A DNA stretch of 64,000 nt from NCBI GenBank assembly GCA_052327205.1, contig JBMRGM010000035.1, positions 138,570,001 to 138,634,000 of the forward strand. The letters are read 5' to 3'. Made by a program: the position numbers and the translations under genes. Positions 37,044 to 50,849 of this stretch are shown here, piece after piece. Source of the DNA: Somniosus microcephalus. Taxonomy: Eukaryota. The notes beneath the pieces were generated by a model. That model did not search any database and was not told the origin of the DNA. It was given only the letters and a program-made list of their open reading frames with translations. Position 1 is the stretch's first letter. Each line of letters begins with the position of its first letter.

Positions 37044-38007
37044 CTGTGTGTAAAAAAATAATAGCCAATGAGGAACAGATATTGTCACCAATGTTATATT
37101 GCACAATATGCCAAAAAATCTAGGACCATCTTTTAAACATGGCTGTCAAAAGGTATCACCATTGACGCTATATTGTTATATACATGCCTTTCCCCTCACT
37201 TTTCTCCCTTCAGCACGCTGACTCCTCCTGACGCTTATCTCAACATCTGCTGACAGCCTTCACCCAACTAAACATTCCCCATGTGAGCTTAAACAGGGAG
37301 TGCCGGCAGTCTGTTTGCAATTTGGAAAGTGGGGTATGGGTGCGCTGGACCTCACAGCCAAACCCCAGTCCTATCTGCTCCCAAAGTTCACATGCACAAA
37401 ATTTCCAATAGAAACAAGCACGGTCGCTGATTTCTCCCACACCCCATCTCAGTACTCCCACTATTGTTGCCTTGGCTGGGATCAGATGACTCAGGACTAA
37501 ATTAGAGACCTCCCAAGGTCTTTATGATACAGCACCTACCCACTGAGCCCTGGTTTGGGGGGGGGGGGGGGGGTGGGGGCGGGGAAGACATGTTAAAACT
37601 ACATATTTTTAAAACTGCACAAGGCAACTGTGAATAGAGAATCTTTAAATTGCCATAATTAGCATTATAACCTAGAAATTGCATATTGCAACTTTAGCAT
37701 ACAGAACCCTTAATGTTCATATGATGTTTCTTGCGACCCATTATTTTACCAGAGCCAGTTCATTTAAAATAAAACTGGAGTTATGGGACTGTTTCCTCTG
37801 CAGCGGAGAAAGGAAAGCGATCTAACCAAAGTCCAAAAATTGTGAAGGATTCTAATAAGCTGAACAAAGAAAAACTGTTTCCCCAGATGGCGAGTCAGTG
37901 ATGACGGTCAGCATTTTAAAAATAGCCATTTAAGAGATCAAGGTTAGTAGAAATTTCTTTACGCAGAGTGTTGTTGAAACATTAAAAAAAACAACTGTCA
38001 CAGGGAG

Positions 38008-38448
38008 TAGTTGTGGCTCAGTTGGCAGCACCCACGTCTCGGAGTCCGAAGGTTGTGAGCTCAAGTCCCACTCCAGATGCTTGAGCACAAATAAAAAATC
38101 TAGGCCGACACTCCAGTGCAGTACTGAGGGAATTGGAGGTGCCGTCTTTTGGGTGAGACATTAAACCGTGGCCCTATCTGCCCGCTCAGGTGGACGTAAA
38201 AGATCCCATCGCACTATTTTGAAGAGGAGCAGGGGCGTTTCTCCCTGGTGTCCTGGCCAGTATTTATCCCTCAACCAACATCACTAAAACAGATGATCTG
38301 GTCATTATCACATTGCCGTTTGCGGTGCGCAAATTGGCTGCTGCATTTCCTACATTACAAGTGACTCCACTCCAAAAAGTACCTCTGCGAAGCGCTTTGG
38401 GATGTCCGGTGGTCATGAAAGGTGCTATATAAATGCAAGTTCTTTTTT
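38008..38448 (+). mobile_element. Deu-type SINE, near full length
   Basis: Same family as the 8336 copy. Confidence 0.85.
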
Positions 38449-39481
38449 TCTAGTTGGGGCAGGGACCACTTCACCCATTACAGTAAAATACAAGATGAAT
38501 ATTTGAAGCAGAGGAAAATGCAGGGCTATGGGGAGAGTATAAGGCAGCGGGATTAGTTTCAGATTGCTCTGGCCAAGAGCTGATAGACAGAATAGGCCGA
38601 ATGGCAGCCTCCTGTGCTGTAAACTATTATGGTTCTAAACAGACAAGGCCTCTCCTGAAATACCAAAATCATTTCACAAGTACGAGCACAACTTGTCAAT
38701 TCGGGTGGTGTGATTAGTGGTTTTAAACAGAATAACTTTTGGTTAGAAACTGAATTTGCCATTTTCCTGCAAAGCAGCAGCAGCAATTAAAAAAAAAAAA
38801 AATTCATTTACGGGATGTAGACGTTGCTGGCTAGGCCAGAATTTATTGCCCATCCCCAATTGCCCGCGAGAAGGTGGTGGTGGTGAGCCGCCTTCTTGAA
38901 CAGACCGTGTGGTGAAGGTGCTCCCACAGTGCTTTCAGGGAGGGAGTTCCAGGATTTTGACCCAGCGATGATGAAGGATCGGCAATATATTCCCAAGTCA
39001 GAATGGTGTTTGTGACTTGGAGGTGGTGGTGTTCCCACACGCCTGCTGCCCTTGTCCTTCTAGGTGATCGTGGTCATGGGATTGGGATCAAATTACCCAC
39101 AGCCAACAAACAAGCAAATAATTGCATTTTGGTGCTTTGAAGTGGTGAACTCCCTTTCAGGATAATGCATGGCAAAGTGAAGTAGCTTCAATATAATCAA
39201 GATAGCTAGTGAGTGCGGGCAGCTTCTCTCAATACAAGTCATCCTTGAAAATACATTAGCTACCCTCCCTAATTTTCACTCCACTCCTGAAGATGCGCAC
39301 TCCTGCTGCTATGCAGTTCCACAGGCATCGGAAGCCCTCCAGTACCTCGTCCAAGTAGCTATTTCTCGTGTGAAATCCTCAATGGCAAAAGTTGGTCTGA
39401 TATTCAACCATTTGGGGCACCACAGGTGAGCCTGAATCCGTCCTTACTCACTGACATCTACATATTCGGCCAGGGATCACT

Positions 39482-39705
39482 ACAACAACAACCTGCATTT
39501 ATTATAGCACCTTTAGCGTAGTAAAACATCCCAAGGTGCTTCACAGGAGCGTTAGCAAACAAAATTTGACACCGAGCCACAGAGGTACTAGGACAGGGGA
39601 CTTGGTCAGAGAGGTAGGTTTCAAGGAGCAGAGAGAGGTAGAGACTTGGGGAGGGAATTCCAGAGCTTAGGGCAGACGGCACGGCTGCCAATGCTGGAGC
39701 GATTA
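39482..39705 (-). mobile_element. L2 3' tail fragment
   Basis: Matches the 3' UTR of the 46146 copy with (TTG)n end; another copy at about 1070-1272 (+). Confidence 0.7.
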
Positions 39706-39829
39706 GATAATGATCAGGAGTGGGGGGGAACCTTTGCTAAGTGCAGAGCCCCAACGGAGAGCAGTTAACTGACACAGGCCTGGTACCTTCTGGTTTGTAT
39801 GGCTCAGTTTCACACATGCGGTGCATTTA

Positions 39830-40099
<270 letters not shown>

Positions 40100-40929
40100 T
40101 TAGTATAGATGTAGTCCGTCCTGCTCGAACAGGATGCCAATTATACAAGGGAACAAACCGTTTAGTAAAAAGTGGATGCTCAAGATCTGTATGTTAAACT
40201 GGGAGAGTGAAAAGGACAGGTTTCAGCACTACAGGGACCAATAAACTGAAACCAGAGATTTCCCTCCTTTTACCTCCCCCGATTGCAGCTCCGACAATTC
40301 CACAGGGAATTCGCATTGCTACCCTTCCCCTCTGCATGCTGAAGCAGGCATCTAATCCGACTATGGGACTTCCCGTTTAGCTCCAATATGGCCAAGTGTT
40401 TACTGATGCATCATTTTCTTCCAGTATCATGGCTCGGCATCAACTTTAAGAACTTACGGTCTTAGGAAACAGTCTGATAGGAGGACATTTTGAACACTGT
40501 CAGATGAACAGTCCCAGCCCAGGAACCTGCACGTGGGACGTGTACAAAGATTCTTCTTCAGAAATCAGGAGGGGCAGGTTTTCACTGCATGTGTTGTAAT
40601 TTCAATTGCATGACTAGCAAACAGATTACTTTTGCAGTCCTAAGTAAGAGGAGCAAATCCTGTGTGAAAGGCAGCTTTTGTTCGCATTTAAACCATTTTC
40701 ATATTACTGGGGCAGAGACCACCAACCGTGATTGTAGTTTCATATCTTTGCTTCTGAAGGTAAAGCATCACTGCCAACCAATGTAAGAGACTACCAACGG
40801 GGCCATACTGCGTTGACTGTGGACCAACAAGGTTTGCACACAGCTGAAAAGGGATTTTGCCCCCCCCCCCCCAGGGATATCGAAAAATTAGACATTAAGA
40901 CTAGTCGAATGCGTAGTAACCAGCAGCTA

Positions 40930-41418
<489 letters not shown>

Positions 41419-42453
41419 TTAAAAAAAACACAAGCCACAAATAATGCCGTGTGCGGCAGTGATGCGATTTATATACAACTTAAAAAACTCTTTACAGCTT
41501 TGTACCATCTAATTTTTCTCTCTCCTTCCTTAAAAAGGAGGCTGCAGGACTATGGTCACCTGGTTCAACGGACCATCCTTCATGCGCCAATTTGTACAGA
41601 GAGTTGACTGCAGGAGGCATCACAGCCAAGCCGAACGCTGTTCTCACTTGATTATCACACTTGCACATTCCAGAAGAGGTCTCTGGATCGGCAACTTGGT
41701 CTTCAAGACCAGTTAAAAATCTTGTGTAGCGTGTGCACATCCTGCCCACAGACATTACTTTCTGATCACATTTTTCTTTCAACTATGTTAACGGTCACTG
41801 TAGTTGCAGGCTCTAGCCATTAGACAGCTGCATAGCAAGTATTTGAAGTCTCTCTCAACTGAGTCATCACCTTGTATATATAAAAATCCAGTGTGTCTAT
41901 TGACAGCACTGCGTCAAGAGTTGGAGCGGAATGGGACTTACGACAGGACTCACAGCAAACAATGTATTTTACAGCAAACAGTCTACAGAGTCTTTTTTTT
42001 TTTTTTTTTTTAAAGTCTCTACAAACTACAGCAAACAGAACTCATGACAAACTGCAGCAACGTCTCCCGATACAAGCAGGGCGATTTCGCCAGCAAAATG
42101 CAGAGTGGGGGATAGCTACATACAAATGGTGAGTAAAATAAATCCAAGTAACTTACAGCGGGATTGACAGGGGAATTACCCAATCATCTCCATTCTGGCT
42201 GGGAATAGTGGTGTCACTATATGGAGCCATAAAAATCCACAAATTCTTCATTAACCGTGCGTGGGCATTGCCCATGGGCAATTCATTAGTTTACATTAAA
42301 AACGCTAGAACCTAAAAACTTAACAGGATGTTAATCGGTTCTCCATGTAAACTGCTCCATTGCAGCAGACTACATTGCAGTGTGAAGCAGTTGCACACTG
42401 CCTTACTTCAGGATGGGAGAGTTTGCTTGCGATGGCTAGACCACAAAGCTTAC

Positions 42454-42626
42454 CTGCTGCTGTCTTTGAAACCTGGGTGGCAACGACTTCTGGTACTTGG
42501 AGTAGCCCTGGGAAGCTTGTGGTTGTCTCCCGGGTACCACTGCTTCTACCTTTGACTCAACTCTCACCACCCCTGCCTCCTCTTTCACTTCAATAGTTTC
42601 CTTTTCAGCAGGAGGTGGGGGCTCAG
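42454..42626 (-). CDS. PRRC2A: PRRC2A exon
   Basis: ...QGYSKYQKSLPPRFQRQQQ; cag/gtaagc. Confidence 0.93.
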
Positions 42627-43196
42627 CTGGAAAGCAAAAGGCAAAGAAAAAAAAAGAAAAAAAACTGGTATTACATCCAAGCTCTTCCACTCTGGTCCTT
42701 TCTAGGACGTTCAGGCGAGTCCCACGCTTGCAGCAAGTAGCTATTGTATGGCTCACAGTAGGCTGCGAAATGGGAAACAAATTCCCTGCAGATACCAAAA
42801 GATCAAGGTCGAGCACTCTTGCTCACACAAGGTACTTCCAGTCAAACAGGACAGTGGGGAACCTGCACAACGGTGTAGAGCAGCCAAGTTCAACGATGAA
42901 GACCCATTTTGTTAAAGATGAAAAAAACACATGCCTTCATCTCCCTCATGCAGCACATGCCCATTTTTGCGAGGTTGTCAAGTGGAGGCATAGCAGCCTT
43001 CCCTTGGAGGGTGGGAGAGGGGAAATAAAAGAGGCCACGAGCAACTTGCACACACCACAAAAAGACAGGAGCAGAGGGTCACTTACGTTCTCAATTGGAG
43101 AACGGTGCGTGGGACCCAGAGAGAGGGGGAAAGAAACACAAAAAAAAAAGCTAGTTTACCCATGAATTGGCAAGGGCTTTAAAAAAAAAAAAATTA

Positions 43197-43589
<393 letters not shown>

Positions 43590-43775
43590 TCAGAATGACC
43601 ATTTCAGGGATGTCCACACGCACCGGCCGGATCAGAGGCAGCCCTGCACGGCGTTCTTGCGGGCTCACGTATACAGCAAGCAGAGCCTGAGCATGTTTCC
43701 CCCCCCACCCACCTCACCACTCAGATTGCCTGCGTTAAAACACCAGACTTAATGCGGATGGATTCAAGCAATCTT

Positions 43776-43813
43776 GATAATAGTGGAGTATTAAGATAAT
43801 AGTGGAGTATTAA
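43776..43813. repeat. Perfect 19-bp tandem duplication
   Basis: GATAATAGTGGAGTATTAA x2. Confidence 0.9.
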
Positions 43814-44838
43814 GTTAATTCTATCAACACAGAGGAACTGCAGAAGGCACTGAATCAGGCAGCTTTAGTCGCAAGACTTTAGATGATAGAGAAGACAGTG
43901 ACAAAGAAAAAAGCTGCACAAATAAATTGGAACAAGAAAAACACTGGTAATGCACAGCCTGACCAGCAGAGAGAAAGAAAAGGTCAATGGTTCTGGTGTG
44001 ATGCGGACATCAGAACTGGGAGGGAGTTGCACTAGACAACTTCTACCTGTTCAGGTCCAGACAATACTGGGCAGACTGAAAACGGGGAACAACAGTCAGA
44101 ACTGGCGTTGCAGAGACATATGCAGAGCAGCACCTGTGGAGATATTACTGGCCCAGGCCACTCTGCTCATAGGAAGAGGAAAATGGTGTTCAGCATGTGC
44201 CTAAACAAACCAAAAAACATTAAAGGAAAGGGGAAGGACTTAGTGAATGCGAAGGGTGGTGGGGGGGGGGGGGGGAAGGAAAAGGAAGATAACATTATTT
44301 ATTTAAAACTTAATATTTATTCATCTGCTGATTCAAAATTACCCAGCCAGTGGTGCACTTTCCCAGGGCTTCGGACAGGTTCAAAGGGCAATCTAAAATT
44401 GCAGCCCCCATGGTCTTCAAAAGACATTCGGTGTCCTATATCACAAGGCTGCCTCGCAGTGAGGGGTCAGATCCAGTCAATCCCTTACATGAGATTACAA
44501 CTTCAAAAAGACACCTCCCTATTTAAAAAGAAATCCATGAACAATGGCAAAGTGCACGTCCTAGGCTCTCAGAGTAGGGCAACCCCTGGCTCTCACGAAT
44601 ATTAATTTTCTCAGTGACATCCCTGTGGCTTGAGTTTTCCAGATACTTGACACCGTTTCGCTCACATCTTCTCTCTAACCATCATGTCCTGGACTATGGA
44701 CTGTGACCCCCCTCACCTGAGTATCTCAAAAATGAGAAGACGAGGTAAAGCCAGTTTAACTTTAAACCCAAGGCACTCCTTTTTGTAACTTGAATTAAAT
44801 CAAGTCATCTGTCGTAACCTATTGCTAACCCTACAAAC

Positions 44839-44934
44839 CTGATGCATGCTGGGGGAAGCGGCCTGCCTGTAGATGCCGTACGGCCCTTGAGCAATCTGAT
44901 GCTCGTGAGGTGAGCCCATGCCTGTTCTTCGACC
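44839..44934 (-). CDS. PRRC2A: Probable additional PRRC2A exon (96 nt, phase 0-0)
   Basis: ttttag acceptor, CAG|gtttgt donor, open frame GRRTGMGSPHEHQIAQGPYGIYRQAASPSMHQ; no homology recognised. Confidence 0.6.
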
Positions 44935-45479
44935 CTAAAAAGACAGTTACTGAGTTTAAAATGTTAGGATTTTACCCCAGTAGTAGGCATTGGAAGGGGG
45001 TGGGGGGTAAAAAGAGAACGGGGTGGTAAGGAAGAGGAGGTAGATTTAAAGGCAGACTGTGCATAGCTAAAATCTTTTGCACGATAACCAGAAATAATTA
45101 TTAGCAAAAACCAAAACAAGTGGAAAATTAAACTTTTGCAGCATCACTTTTCTTGGATTTTGGCACTGCTGAGGGAATACTTTCCATTTCAGACACACAG
45201 TGCCAGAATCAAACAGTCCCCCGTCAGGGACAGCATGGTTTGGAGTAAGGCTCCCATATCCAATACTCCCAGCTCAGGTTAGATATACTGTAGAATGAAG
45301 CTCCTTATACACTGCCCCTTTACACATATCCAGGCCAGGTATAGTACTGCAGAAGCCTGTATTTTAAGAAATCAGAGAAGATGCTACACTGAGACAATTA
45401 CTTGTCTGCATCAATGAATCTGCATGGATGTTACAATAAGACAGACAGGGGGTTCTTTGCACCAATTTTCCAACTAACA

Positions 45480-45830
45480 CTGGGGTAGTTAGTTACACAG
45501 CGGCCAGTTGCCCATCGGTACCTTGCCAAGTGGCCACTCTTCATTTGTGAGCCGAGACAGCAAGTGTTAGCAGGTTACTTGACCAGAGTGCAACTCAATC
45601 GTGTACTCCACCGACATCTACAAATGTGTTTTCTAGTGGGAGTCACCAGAAAGCAACTGGATGCATCTTTTCCCTCTACTACACAGAGGCCAACTGTAGC
45701 ACTCGAACCACTGTCCCGGTTGTGGTTCAGCTGACTTAGTGCAGACTCGGAATCAAACCTGGGCACCTCCTGGTCCTGACTCAGTACCACACTACGTACA
45801 GCATTTAGCCCACAAGGTCACCAGGGGGAA
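45480..45830 (-). mobile_element. Old tRNA-like SINE (third family), representative copy
   Basis: Motifs CCAGGAGGTGCCCAGGTTTGATTCC and GAAGAGTGGCCACTTGG recur in decayed form at about 2225-2520, 3410-3730, 8070-8335, 17960-18250, 23965-24240, 27930-28170, 33000-33345, 52490-52820 and 55630-55810. Confidence 0.6.
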
Positions 45831-46145
45831 ATTAATACATTTGAACAGGCAATTAGCTCAGGGCAGTGGCATGTGGAAGGTGTCTAAATTGGATAGCCTG
45901 TCAAAGTCATGGTTGATGCAGCATTGAGGCCCTGAAATATGCTTATTTATAATAATAACCTGTCACCAAGCAGATAGATCACCAGAAGTGACACCTGCTC
46001 ACTCGTCACATCTGGCCTGGAAAACTGGCCTCAGGCAGGGAGATACCACACAACTACCTGCAAAAATGGTTCCCTCAAATGGTAAAGCTGAGAAGTGCCA
46101 CGCTGGTTAAAAACAAAATCAGTGCAGAAATTGTTTTTGCTGTTC

Positions 46146-46851
46146 GCACCCTTGGCGTCATATTTGATCCTGAAATGAGCTTCTGACCTCGGAACTAAGG
46201 CTGCCTATTTTCACCTCCGTAACATCGCCCATCTCCACCCTGGTCTTAGCTCATCTGCTGCTGAAACCCTCATCCATGCTTGGTTACCTCTAGACTTGAC
46301 TATTCCAACGCACTACTCCTGGTTGGCCTCCCACATTCCACACTACGTAAACTTGAGGTCATCCAAAACTCGGCTGCCCGTGTCCTAACTCACACCAAGT
46401 TCCATTCACCCATCACGCCCGTGCTCACTGACCTACATTGGCTCCCGGTAAAGCAACACCTCAATTTCAAAATTTTCCCTTGTTTTCAAATCCCTCCATG
46501 GCCTCGCCCCTCCTTAGCTTGGTCATCTCCTCCAGCCCCATAAACTGCGCCTCCCACCCCACCCCCAAGATATCTGCACTCCAGCATCCCCGAGTATAAA
46601 TTGCTCAACCATTTGTGGCCGTGTCTTCTGTTGCCTAGGCCCTAAGCTCTGGAATTCCCTCCCTAAACCTCTCTACCCTCCTTTAAGACGCTCCTTAAAA
46701 CCTACCTCTTTTACCAAGCTTTTGGTCATCTCCCCCAATTTCTCCTTATGTGGCTCGTTGTCAAATTTTTTTGTCTTGTAATACTCCTGTGAAGCGCCGT
46801 GGGACGTTTTACTACGTTAAAGATGCTATATAAATACAAGTTGTTGTTGTT
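46146..46851 (+). mobile_element. L2-clade LINE 3' fragment
   Basis: VTSRLDYSNALL..LEVIQNSAARVLT..ITPVLTDLHWLPV, ending in a (TTG)n tail. Confidence 0.9.
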
Positions 46852-47356
46852 GGAGAGTTTCGCACACCCTCTACCCTGCCCAACAATGCACTCAGCCCCA
46901 AACTCAAACAGCCATCCCCCAATTACTGTACCAGTTCCAACACCAGCAATCTAATTAAGTGCCACCTTAGCGCTAACCAGTGGTAGCTTCATCCTTGAAG
47001 CCACAATCTCTAGGAAACAGATTTGACTACCCAAACCCATTTCACAGAAGACCCTTGCATCTTGGTAAATATCTGGTGGCAGAATTCCAACATCAACAAT
47101 TCCAGTGTGGCAAAACGTCAAAGAAACACACGGCTTTAATCTACCGATGGTGAAATCAAAGTTCATCCCAACAGGACTTCTACTATAAAGCAATTCCAAT
47201 CATCAAATTAGTTTCAAGCAAACAATCTGTAGGAGAACAAGCCTTTGGACCTATTTACTGAGATTACGCAGCTTGGAAAAACCCATAAAGATTGGCAAAC
47301 AATGAACAAAAGAAAATAAAGGTGGTGAATTATAATTGCTTCTCTTGGTCACGTAC

Positions 47357-47552
47357 CTGGTAATCCACAGCAGGACCCCAGCTGGCAGAAACTCTGGGTG
47401 GTTGGGCTCCAGGTGGCCCCAGCTCTGTCTGGGCAGGGGCTGGACCTTCACCCCTAGCCGCTTTGACAGACGAGTGCTCTTCCAAGGGGGTCTCCTTCCT
47501 GTTCTCAGAGTTGCGCAACTCTTGCTGCTCAGGCCGACTCAACTGGCCGTCC
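47357..47552 (-). CDS. PRRC2A: PRRC2A exon
   Basis: DGQLSRPE...ASWGPAVDYQ (human NWGPPGDYP); cag/gtacgt. Confidence 0.88.
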
Positions 47553-48062
47553 CTGTACAAAAGAATATCATTATTTTCGGCAGCACTTACTGCAATCTTG
47601 TATACGTTTACACAAGGGCAACTTGAATGCCACAAAGCATTTACAAATCAGACGACCACAGCACTAGAATGGTCATACTTGGCTGCGGAGCAGAACATCG
47701 AAACAAAAAATAAATAAAGCTGGAATCAGAAAGAATTGGAGAGTTAGAGAGTTGCAGTGGCGTACAGCATTAAAACACACCTTAAGAAGGGAAGGCTGGA
47801 GAGTAGAGAAACAGGGAACGGAATGACCCTGGTTGTGGACAAGAGAGTTTGGAGAACCAATAAGCTTGTCCAGACAAAATTTGAAGAAATGATAAAAAAA
47901 CAGGTTTTGTCTGGGCAAACAGTTTGTCTAGTTTACTCAGCTGGACAAACTCCTCTTTTAGTGCAATGCACTGTATTAATCAAACTAGGTTCTAGGATTT
48001 CTTCAATCAGATGTGTATATATGTGACTTAGATTACATCTAAACCCTATAAAAATCAGAGTA

Positions 48063-48196
48063 CAGTTCTGACAAAAGGTCATTGACCTGAAACATTAACG
48101 GTTTCTCTCCACAGATGCTGCCTGACCTGCTGAGTACTTGCAGCATTTTCAGGTTTTTATTGGATTTCCAGCATCTGCAGTATTTTGCTTTTGTAT
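48063..48196 (+). mobile_element. Penelope-like terminal fragment with decayed minimal hammerhead motif
   Basis: CTGACAA-AGGTC/GACCT stem-GAAAC followed by CCACAGATGCTGCCTGACCTGCTGAG; related pieces at about 8880-9013 (-), 54210-54248 and 54785-54900. Confidence 0.6.
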
Positions 48197-48334
48197 AGAG
48201 GAATACAAGTTCAATACAAGTAAAAAGAATACTAACTGCAATTTAAAATAATGAAGTGTTAAAAGCCATTTTCTCCAAATTCTATGCTTTTTTTTGTAAT
48301 CATTGAGATTGACTAATGTTTCCGTCACACTGAC

Positions 48335-48425
48335 CTGTTCTCAGATTTCCCCTTTTCGGCATCATCGTCATCTTCGTCATCACTGAACTTTAGCTTTTCA
48401 GTGTAGTCTATTTCCTCGTGTGCTC
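48335..48425 (-). CDS. PRRC2A: PRRC2A exon
   Basis: GAHEEIDYTEKLKFSDDED; cag/gtcagt. Confidence 0.92.
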
Positions 48426-49345
48426 CTGCAGAAGTAAAGATGCACATTAACACAGTAGAACAAACAGAATGGCCAATGCCAGCCCCGATTCCCAGTTTCA
48501 CAATTGCTTGTCCCTGGTCCAGTTTAATAAACAAACCATTTAAAAAAGAGTTAACTGTGCAATTCCACCCCGGCAACATAAACTCCCTCCGCTTCCCTCC
48601 CACGAGAATGAGTTTCTCTGGTCACTATGAGTTAGCATCATCGTAATCATAACAGGAAGATTTTCTCATCCCGATGATTGCAATCTCACTACAAACATAA
48701 TTTTTCCCTCAAGAGTCAAGTACCAACTTGCTGCCAGCTCTGGGTAAATCCTGCAGGCACTGCCAGAGTGCAACAGGTCACAACGTGACACTTAACCCTT
48801 CCAGCGCCACAAATGAAGTTACTCGTACCACTGCGGTCAGGCTTTGAGGGCTACCCATGAGTCGACTGTGGCACAGCCAGTTTTATGTTTGACGCATAAA
48901 AGCAAGGTGATCCACCAATCTGGTCTCTGCCATCAAGTCACATTTGAAAACACACCAGTCACTAAAAAGATAGTTCTCAACCAATAAAAAGACAGTTCCC
49001 ATCTCTAAAATCAATGGTGGGAAGCAGAAGGAAGAAGAAAGAAATTAAGCAACTCTTAAGGTTAGAAAAAGTAGATTAGGCAGAAAAAAAGTTAAAATTA
49101 AAAATAGGACAGCGAATGAGAGGGAAGGAAGAAAAGGATAAGAGAGCCAGCAGAATGAATGGTTAAAATAGCTCATTTATAATTAAATTATATTTGAAGG
49201 ACTTTAGTGGTTTATGGTTGATACTATAATAATGGTACTCCCAGCACTTTACAATAATAAAGCTATGCAAATGTCTGTCTCAGTGTCATGGCCCATGGGT
49301 TTAAAGCTTAAATACTGCTTTGTACAGGGAGAGTGAAATTTCTTA

Positions 49346-49618
<273 letters not shown>

Positions 49619-50672
49619 TCAGATAAATACTAATTGCGTTCAAATCCGCAAGGACCCGCAGCAGACTCATTCAAGATTCTCCTTGTACAAGTATTTTTGG
49701 TGTGATGCCAGGATACGGTCCACAAGTAATTCAAGCTGGTAATTCTCTAGTATCTTAACTAACTGATAGGTATGATCCCTGACTGTGATTAATGGTAGGC
49801 GATTCTGTTGTAAGCACATCAGGAACAAAGCCCTGTCCCAACACTCACATCCACACTCAACCTTGCCTGTACACCATCACTAGATAACAAACCAGGAATG
49901 GGCCTGAAGGATGATCCCCATTCCATTCAAGGGTACTTCTCCCAGTTAGGTTAAAATTGCCCCCTAGAGATCCAGGATGTCTTCCCCTTTGAAAGATCAT
50001 AGTCAGATTACAACATCTTCTGATTTGCACACTCTTGCCCCAGTCACCAGTATCTTTTCTGCTGTCCTTACCAGCAACAAATGCAGAACGGTGTCTGTTT
50101 TTGACCCAAACTATATTAGACTGCAATTTTTTAAAAACCTACAAAATCAATGTTACAGGCTATAAAAACAATATGGTAATTAATAAGCTTTAAAAGGACA
50201 GTCAGTAAAGAAAGAACTTACAAAGCACCTTTCAGGACATCACAAAGTACCGAAGTATAACCACTGTTGTGATGAAAGAAACATAGCATAGCAAGGTCCC
50301 ACAAACAGCAATAAGATAAAATGATCAGATAATAGATTTTTCGTGATGGTTGAGGGATAACTTAGGCCAGGATATCGGGAGAACTCATCTGCTCTTCTTC
50401 GAATTGTGACATGGGATCTTTTACATCTAGCGGAGAGAGTAAACAGCACACTCAGTATTGCACCGAAATATCAGCCTAGGTTATGTGTTCACGTCTCTGG
50501 AGTGGGGGCTTGAACCTAGAATGCTCTGGCTCAGATGCGAGTGTGCTACCATCGAGACAAGGCAGACACCAGTACATAAAAGCATCAAGCAGCAAAGTTT
50601 CAATTTCTAGGAGTGACTACTTTGCCTTCTGTGTCTGCAACTACAATCAGCCCTTTAATAAGAGAAAACTTA

Positions 50673-50849
<177 letters not shown>

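Noticed and set aside
6436-38075. tRNA-like heads (boxes A/B) at 6436, 8336 and 38008
   Set aside because: They are SINE heads, not tRNA genes; no intact cloverleaf was evident.
43081-43150. Perfect gtaagt donor downstream of a pyrimidine tract
   Set aside because: The acceptor position reads TGG with no AG, and the possible 29-30 nt exons frameshift or contain a stop.
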